Shown here piece after piece: positions 55,401 through 64,000 of a stretch of DNA of 64,000 bases. The stretch is from Eledone cirrhosa (taxonomy: Eukaryota), in assembly GCA_964016885.1 (NCBI GenBank), contig OZ024742.1, forward strand, positions 129,394,001 through 129,458,000, written 5' to 3'. Within the stretch, counting starts at the first letter, position 1. Every line of letters begins with the position of its first letter. The notes under the pieces are model-generated. The model was not told where the DNA came from. It saw nothing but the letters and a program-made list of their open reading frames with translations, and made no database searches. The position numbers and the translations under genes were made by a program.

Positions 55401-56244
55401 TACCCCATGTCTTACTTTGGTTCATGTAAACCTCTAGAGTTACTGTTACTGCTATACCCCATGTCTTACTTTGGTTGATGTAAACCTCTAGAGTTACTGT
55501 TACTGCTATACCCCATGTCTTACTTTGGTTGATGTAAACCTCTAGAGTTACTGTTACTGCTATACCCCATGTCTTACTTTGGTTCATGTAAACCTCTAGA
55601 GTTACTGTTACTGCTATACCCCATGTCTTACTTTGGTTCATGTAAACCTCTAGAGTTACTGTTACTGCTATACCCAATGTCTTACTTTGGTTGATGTAAA
55701 CCTCTAGAGTTACTGTTACTGCTATACCCCATGTCTTACTTTGGTTGATGTAAACCTCTAGAGTTACTGTTACTGCTATACCCCATGTCTTACTTTGGTT
55801 GATGTAAACCTCTAGAGTTACTGTTACTGCTATACCCCATGTCTTACTTTGGTTGATGTAAACCTCTAGAGTTACTGTTACTGCTATACCCCATGTCTTA
55901 CTTTGGTTGATGTAAACCTCTAGAGTTACTGTTACTGCTATACCCCATGTCTTACTTTGGTTGATGTAAACCTCTAGAGTTACTGTTACTGCTATACCCC
56001 ATGTCTTACTTTGGTTGATGTAAACCTCTAGAGTTACTGTTACTGCTATACCCAATGTCTTACTTTGGTTGATGTAAACCTCTAGAGTTACTGTTACTGC
56101 TATACCCCATGTCTTACTTTGGTTGATGTAAACCTCTAGAGTTACTGTTACTGCTATACCCCATGTCTTACTTTGGTTGATGTAAACCTCTAGAGTTACT
56201 GTTACTGCTATACCCTATGTCTTACTTTGGTTGATGTAAACCTC
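52467..56244. repeat. 54-bp minisatellite, ~70 near-identical copies
   Basis: AGAGTTACTGTTACTGCTATACCCCATGTCTTACTTTGGTTGATGTAAACCTCT, with a 1-bp deletion near 53947. Confidence 0.97.
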
Positions 56245-56299
56245 ATGCTGTCTTCTTTGTTCATCCTTGAATAGTACCCAATATTTTGGTCCCTTGCAT

Positions 56300-56347
56300 A
56301 ATAGTAGTAGTGGTGGCAGTAGTAGTAGTAGCAGCAGCAGCAGCAGC

Positions 56348-56402
<55 letters not shown>

Positions 56403-56405
56403 GTC

Positions 56406-56440
<35 letters not shown>

Positions 56441-56745
56441 GGTGGTGGTGGTGGTGGTGGTGGTGGTGGTGGTGGTAGTATTAGTAGTAGTAGTTGGTGG
56501 TGGTGGTTGCAGTAGTAATGGTAGTGGTGGGGGGTGGTAGTAGTAGTAGTAGTAGTAGTGGTAGTGGTGGTGGTGGTGGTGGTGGTGGTGGTGGTGGTGG
56601 TGGTGGTGGTGGTGGTGGTGGTGGTGGTGGTGGTGGTGGCAGTAGTAGTGGTGGTGGTGGGGGTAGTAGTAGTAGTGGTGGTGGTGGTAGCAGTAGTAGT
56701 GGTGGTGGGGGGAGGTAGTAGTAGTAGTGGGGGGGGGGGTAGTAT

Positions 56746-56795
<50 letters not shown>

Positions 56796-56816
56796 ATAGT
56801 AGTGGTGGTGGTGGTG

Positions 56817-56850
<34 letters not shown>
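56300..56850. repeat. (TAG/GGT/TAT)n microsatellite field
   Basis: Direct reading. Confidence 0.96.
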
Positions 56851-56899
56851 ATGATGGTGGTGCTAATGATGAGCAGAAAGCTACTACCAAAGAACGATA

Positions 56900-58700
56900 T
56901 AAACATCACTGTAAAGTTGCCACTGTTAATGTGGACACTGTGAAAGGTAGATATGGTGACATTGTGGAGCTGCTTCAGAAGAGACAAGTAGATGTGTGCT
57001 ATGTCCAAGAGGTGAGATGGAGGGAAACCTCAGCCAGACTTCTTAACCCTTTAGCATTTACATTACTCTATATATACTATTGTATTTTCACGGTAAACAC
57101 TTTACCTCACATAATTACCCCACATAATATTGAATCTATGTGATTTTGATATTATTTATTTCGAGAACAATACCTTAACATCAGTATGAGTGGCCAGTTA
57201 CAGCCAGTTTGAACGGAAAGAGGTGATAGGATTCTGGCTGGATACAGCTGGTAAACAGCTTAGATGTAAGCTTTTCTTTGTCGGAAATTATGACATCGTA
57301 AGTAAAGTAGGTATTCTACTAGCTGAGAAGTAGATCATCATCATCACCGTTTTACGTCCGTTCTTCGATGCTAGCATGGGTTAGACGGGTTGTCCTGTTG
57401 TAGGCAGTGTCCTGTCGGCTGACCTTGTCTTGCTCATACGGGAACTGATTCTGGCTTGATTTCTACAGCTGGATGCCCTTCCTAACACCAACCTCATTTA
57501 CAGTGAGTGCTGGGTGATTTTTTTCTGTGGCACCTACACATCCACTTTACAGTGAGTGCTGGGTGCTTTTTTTCCATGGCGCCTACACGACCAGCTTGCA
57601 GTGGAATAATAGGGACTCCAGTCCTATCATCTCATTTCTAGAGCTGAGTAAACTGGAGCAATGTGAAATAAAGTGTCTTGCTCAAGGAAACAACAAAGGT
57701 AATTGAAGTAGTTAGAATAAGTGACAGAATTATCAAGCTCAGAATAGTTATAGGCAATAGCTAGACTACAATTATGCACCACAATCAGGAAAGAACAAAA
57801 TGACTATTTCTATGAAGAATTCATGTAGATAACCTCAATTACAGATGACAGAGACTTCATCATCCTAGCTGGCAACTTCAATGGACATTGAGCAACACCA
57901 GGATGGCTACACTGTGATACGTGGTGACTATGGTTATGACTCAATAAATTAAGAGAGGGTGAGGCTCCTAGAATTCTGTGATGCAAATGAACTCACTATT
58001 TGCAACACTGGAAACCAGCCAGCCACCTGATCATCTATCAATCAAGCAAACACACAAGCCAAATAAACTTTTTACTTGTCAGAAAATGGGATAGGCAACT
58101 GGCTATAGATACTAAGTCCTTCTCCACACAACATAAGTTAGTTATAAGTAACATCAGAATTACAAGACATAACAAGAAATGCAGAAAAATCTGGAAAAGA
58201 AGAGTAAAATATAGGGTTAGAAAGTCCTATGTGATATATACAAGTGGAGAAATTAGATACAAATGACTTAGAAGACAATTGGAAAATTCTATGAGACAAC
58301 TTATTGGAGGCAACTGAGGAGACTTGTGGCTGGGGCAAGTCACCAGCCAGATAGAGGGTGACCTGGTGATGGAACAACACTAGAGTTGTTATAGTGAAGA
58401 GACAGGCATAGAAAAATTGAAAAAATTGGGGCTGCAAAAAGCTAGACCAAGTAGCTAAAAGAGAAGCTAGATGACAAGTACACATAACAGCCAATAATGC
58501 TGAAATCAGGTGGTTCACCAATGTCTTGTGATGTGAGGATCAGAGACATGAAGTGTTCCACATCACAAATCAGTGTTAGTGAAAACCAGGGTATTGTTGG
58601 TAAAAAGTGTGTTTGAAATGACAATGGTGCACTTAGCAAAAGAAAGAGGTCCAGAAATGCAATTAAAAAAGGTTGATGAATGTGGAGAATGAGTGGAAGA
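56900..58700 (+). mobile_element. old RTE LINE 5' part (AP endonuclease), interrupted by MITE and SINE
   Basis: KVATVNVDT...VCYVQEVRW, SDRII, GNFNGH, QINFLLVR, TQHKLV, with many stops. Confidence 0.82.
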
Positions 58701-59841
58701 GATAGAGACTACTCCACAACTGACCTAACAATCTGGTGAAGCATATCCCTCTCTAGGTCGGAACACAGCCAATATCTTTTGGAGAGAGAGAGAGGTGGGG
58801 GTTGGCGCCAATACTGAACTAGTACTCTATTTATCAACCATGAAAGAGTGAAAGGTAAAGTTGCTAACCTAAGTGAGATTTGAACTCAGAGTGCAGTGAG
58901 AGCTACAATAAATACACAAGTATTTAATCTGACACTCTACCAATTTATTCTGGGAAGACACACTAGATTCAAACTATTCCAGTATTTGACTGGTTCATAA
59001 AGGGAAACAACTAAATACTATAAAATATTTTATCAGCTGTCTACCAATTTTGCCATCCACCTTAACCTTTCACTTAATATTAAACAAATTAAGAAAGAAT
59101 ATAAACAAAATATAATGTTTTGCTACTCTGTATGTAGTTTAAATATATTTTTATCATCCTATTAAGTACTTTATTTTTTCTTTTTACTGAAAAGCAAAAT
59201 TTGATAGGTAATTTGAAGTTTTAAATGTACATTATTGTTTTTCACATGGCGTGAAATTAAGTGACTTAGAATCAATTTTTTTTACAATAAAATTGAATAT
59301 TATGTTGATTATTTTTTAGCTATCTTATCTCAATATATATCAAGTATCATTGTTATTAGTTTATAAAAACAATTATACTGGCAAGGTCTGCTATTCAATA
59401 TTTCAATATAAACTAATAATTGTTTCTACTTTTTGGCACAAGGCCAGCAAATACCCAGTACATTACTGGTACTTTATTTTATCAACCCCGTAAGGATGAA
59501 AGGCAAAGTTAACCTCGGCGGGATTTGAACTCAGACCGTAAAGGGACGTAACTATACTGGAAAGCATGGCGTCCGACCCTCTACCGATACTGCCAATTCA
59601 CCGCCCTTATAAACTAATGATAATATAAACTAATAATATTGCATTATGTAGGTATATGATTGTTTAATAGCATTTAGTTCTAGCCATTTACTTTCTGAGC
59701 TCAAATTCTGCTACAGATAACTTTGCCATTCACCTTCTTTGATTGTTAAGTCTAGTGCTGGAGTTGATATAATAAAATAACTCCTCCTCTCAAATTGCTG
59801 GCTTTGTGCCTTAATTAGAAATCATTATTAACCCTTTTGAT

Positions 59842-60027
59842 GGGCGTGGATTGGCAGTATCGGTAGAGGTTCGGACGCCATGCTTTGACGCATAGAGTTA
59901 TGGCCCTTGCCATTCTGAGTTCAAATCCCGCCGAGGTTAACTTTGCCTTTCATCCTTACGGGGTCGATAAAATAAAGTACCAGTAATGTACTGGGTAATT
60001 TCTGGCCTTGTGCCAATAGTAGAAACA
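59842..60027 (+). mobile_element. full-length SINE A with 18-bp TSD
   Basis: ATTATTAACCCTTTTGAT at 59824-59841 and 60028-60045. Confidence 0.9.
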
Positions 60028-62299
60028 ATTATTAACCCTTTTGATACCAAACCACTTCAAACCTACCTGGATTTATGATACAAAAATGTTTATTTTAAAA
60101 TGTTTGTCTTTATATTAAAGCTTTCCACCAAAAAAGTCTTGCTAATGTGGTTTTGTGTGGTATAGAAAATTAAGAGTTAAAAGAATTGATGTACGTTTTA
60201 TGATACCTCAAACCAAAATTAAACCTATGCATGAGTGGCACTGGACAAGGTACATATCACATTTGCAGAACTAGTAAAATCAGTTCTAGTTCACTTCATA
60301 GGAGTAAATCTAATTCACATGCCACCACCATAAATTAAACTTAAGGGGTAAGGGGCAGTCTGCCTCCATGACATAGCCAAGAAGACAGAGAAGATATTGC
60401 CCAAGAAGATCGTAAGCTAGATGCACTGGAACAGCTCCTCCACCCTGCGGGGCTCACACTTGAAGGTACCTAACTCTACTCCAATTGTAGTAAGTAGGGA
60501 TGTGGTTTGGGGGCCAAAAATGCTGGATGTCTCCACTGCCACAGGCTTAATCACAAACCCATCAGAGAATGGCCAATACTTGGACAGTTTGCCTTCTTCG
60601 GCCTGGCGAGAGACAAAGCCTGGGCTGGTAACTGAACACCACTTAGTTATTTTATGAAATTTTTAGTTATTTTCAAAATTAATTGAAACATACAGGCAGT
60701 GTATTTCATTAGAGTTACTGTAATGAAAAGGTTAACATGACTAAATTAGCTTGTGATACAATTCTCATCAAAGCCTTGTGAATGAAATTTGATGAATAGA
60801 AATTCAGTGAAAGGCCATCAAAATGATTGTTGTCGTTCTTAACAGACTTAAGCTGTATAGCAGAAAAATAATTGTTTCTACTTTTGGCACAAGGCCAGCA
60901 ATTACCCAGTGCATTACTGGTACTTTATTTTATCAACCCCGTAAGGATGAAAGGCAAAGCTAACCTTGGTGGGATTTGAACTCAGAAGGGCAAGGGCCGT
61001 AACTCTATGCTACAAAGCATGGTGTCTGACCCTCTACCGATACTGCCAATCCTCGTAATGTTATGTGTAGCAGAGAAGTGTATGTTGTTTGTATAAAAGA
61101 TGAATGTAAGAAGTGAAGTTTGGTTGTAAGTCTTATAGCCTAGAAAGAAGTATGACACTGTTGTTATGATAAATACCTTGACAAAAGGATTCTTTCCTTA
61201 TCAAGTGCAGAGTCGATGACTGAGGTAAAAACATTATAACACCCGATAACATTTTTATATGTTTTATTTACAAACCAATTACAAAGTAAAGCTGGATTGA
61301 CATGTCATAAAAAAGAACAAACGAATTAAATGTTATAAGCAAAGAAAGGTGGTTCCTAGCTGACAGGGCCGATATTTCTTGATTACCGTTACATGTTGGC
61401 GAGTTGTTGACACTGAAAAGAAAATGGATGATCTCTTGGCATCAAGGCGGCAACTGTCTAGTGTAAACCAAAGAAGCAGGAAAAGCTCTGCCTGGGTGGA
61501 AATTGAAATATATATCCATAAGTGGCTTACGATTGGTCTGACTTTAGCATGGATAGATTATTGATACAAGCCATGCAAGTAGCTCCGCTACAGCTGCCAC
61601 TAATGTTTACATAACCATTTGGACTTTAGGTATCTTCAGCAGAGTCCAGTCTGTTTCAAACATCCAGGCCAGGAATCCTGTCTAAGGATAACTGCCCCCT
61701 TTTCCTTTCACAAGTCCTAACTCTTTCAAAGCCCCAAACTTCCTCTGGTTTTATGGAACAAGATCATCTGTTCCCATTTAAATTACAATCTTTCATCATT
61801 ATTTTAATTGGCAGTATTGGTAGAGGGTCGGACGCCATGCTTTCCAGCATAGTTACGTCCCTTTAAGATCTGAGTTCAAATCCCGCCGAGGTTGACTTTG
61901 CCTTTCATCCTTACGGGGTCGATAAAATAAAGTACCAGTAATGCACTGGGTAATTGCTGGCCTTGTGCCTAAAGTAGAAACAATTATTTTATATAAAAAC
62001 CTTTTTTGTTATGGTACAAATACCACATTAATAATCAAAACAATTTTAGTAAATCCCTCCAAATTCTTCATTGATTAATTCAAATACAATGTATTTTATC
62101 AGAATTACGGTAATGAAAGGATTAAAAGCCCTGAAAATGGGCCATTAATGCTGCTTTTGCTCCTTTGTCTACAAAATAAAAAAATATTTCAATTATCCTT
62201 CAAGCTTTTTTTTAGCCTAATTTCATGAGGCAAATCCTGCCTTTAAATGAAATCCATTCCATGCACACCCTAACAGCCTGTGACCTGTGAATATCTCAC

Positions 62300-63190
62300 C
62301 TTCTGCTGACCTCTCTGGCATCACAACTTAATAGTGGAGTTTCCATCTTCCATTCAAATCTACGATATCATCCACTAGCTTTGTAATAAGAAGTCCTCCG
62401 CCTCAAGAATTCATCAGGTGTTATTCTCTCTGAAGAGAGATACATCCTCGTGAGGTGTAGTGAATACTTTGCTGATCTCCTAAATTCAGTCATGACAACA
62501 ACTTCTGATGTACATGAGGTGCATCTAAGCACAAGACCAATTTCTTAGAGACTATGGTACCAGAACAATTGAGAGATCACTGCTCTGGTACTACAGACAT
62601 GTCTAAGGAAGGAATTGCTGATCAAACTTTACAAGCAAAACCAACCATAAGAAAACCCTAAAGTAGATCATGGGAAAGATAGTTAGATAACATCCATATG
62701 CTTGGTTGACCTCAATTGGGGAACAAGTCAGATCATCTGGAGATGGTTGCTTCTGATAGCACCCCCTAGAACGTATCTGAGGACTCTGCCCCCATAACCT
62801 TCCTAAATTCAAATCTTGGACGGAAATTTCATTACTACATGACAGATAACATTAGATGTCAGTAGTGAAATATTTATCTTTGATTATTAAGTTGAAACTT
62901 AGGGCAACGGCTTGGCAGAATTGAGAAATTCTCCGAATTAAGAGATCATAGTTCTGATACTACAGGCAGGTGGTTAGAATGTCTCAGGAAAGAATCACTG
63001 GACAAGTTTTTATGGGCAAAAACAACTGGCAGGAAACCCAGGGGTAGATCCCAAGCAAGATGGTTGGATAACAGCCATGAACCTTGTTGGTCTTGCTTGG
63101 GGATCCAGCTGGGTCAATTGGAGACAGTTGCTTCTGACAGGACCTGCAGGAAGGCATGCTTGAGGACTCTGCCCCTCCCTGTAACCCTTC

Positions 63191-63221
<31 letters not shown>

Positions 63222-63545
63222 AAGAAGAAGAAGAAGAAGAAGAAGGTGACCAAATTAGCAGTGGAGGAAGATGTTCTGAAGGTACAGTGGCCAGAGTAAG
63301 AACAGGATGGAGAAATCTCAGAGAGCTACTACTGCTGCTAGCAAAAAAAGGTTTTCCCATCAAAATGAAGGGCAGATTGTACGATGTGTGTATACGGACC
63401 GCAATGTTGCATGGTAGTGAGACCTGGGCACTGTGTGCTGTGGACCTATGAAGATTCGAAAGAAATGAAGCCTGCATGCTCTGAGGGATGAAATATACAC
63501 AAACAGCAAAGTGTGAATGAACTGAGAAAGAAACTAGGCATAGCT
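62300..63545 (+). mobile_element. cluster of old LINE 3' fragments
   Basis: Two diverged RT C-terminal relics (for example TTGRKPRGRSQARWLDN), a (GAA)n tail at 63193-63245, then RTE MLHGSETWA. Confidence 0.65.
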
Positions 63546-64000
63546 GCTATCCACTTTTTTCTCAACTATATGGATATTTTACCTGATTTTCTAAGGAATT
63601 ATTTATAACTGACTGTGATTACAGTTATTTTCTGCATCAGAGTTTTTCTACATTTTCTAAAAATTTCAATCCACTCACCGCTTTGATAATTTATTTTCAA
63701 AATGTTGTTTACATCCAAGATGTTTACATCCAAGATAGAAGTTGCTGTCAGGGGTTTTTAGCTCAAAAGATTAGAGTGCTCAGCCAGAATTTGTGCGGTA
63801 TGGAGTTCAATTCTTCGTGGTGGCTGCTAGCCACTTTATTCCATCTTTATAAGAATTTTACTCGATTTTCTAAGCACATATTTACAGCAATCGACTGTTG
63901 TTACAGTTATTTTCTGTGTTTGATATTTCTACATTTTCTAAGAATTTCAATTCACTTAACACTGATTTTTTTAAAATTTTTGAAATCAGTTATTAGTTTT

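Noticed and set aside
52502-56055. 482-aa and 704-aa ORFs
   Set aside because: By-product of a 54-bp (multiple of 3) repeat. There is no ATG-led unique domain, and a frameshift lies mid-array.

Overview
Eukaryotic, AT-rich, almost entirely repetitive DNA. The RTE-LINE/SINE families and (TA)n/(CA)n density suggest an octopus/cephalopod genome (inference). I can support no intact host protein-coding gene. Contents: a decayed Ty3/Gypsy-type LTR retrotransposon (left edge, with a clear gag-pol -1 frameshift signal), many RTE LINE fragments, two tRNA-derived SINE families, a truncated Tc1/mariner transposase, a solo LTR, a piggyBac-type MITE, a Penelope-like RT relic, and four tandem arrays (310, 86/87, 14 and 54 bp units). 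The main result is about 17 type I hammerhead-ribozyme (HHR) motifs from about 8 sequence families between 10.8 and 34.1 kb. They include a near-perfect 5x310-bp tandem array with one HHR per unit (retrozyme-like, predicted to release 310-nt monomers/circles), a U3-A8 compensated core variant, and several HHR pairs arranged as palindromes. Most sit in or beside (TA)n tracts. All structures were folded by eye, and none has been tested for activity.
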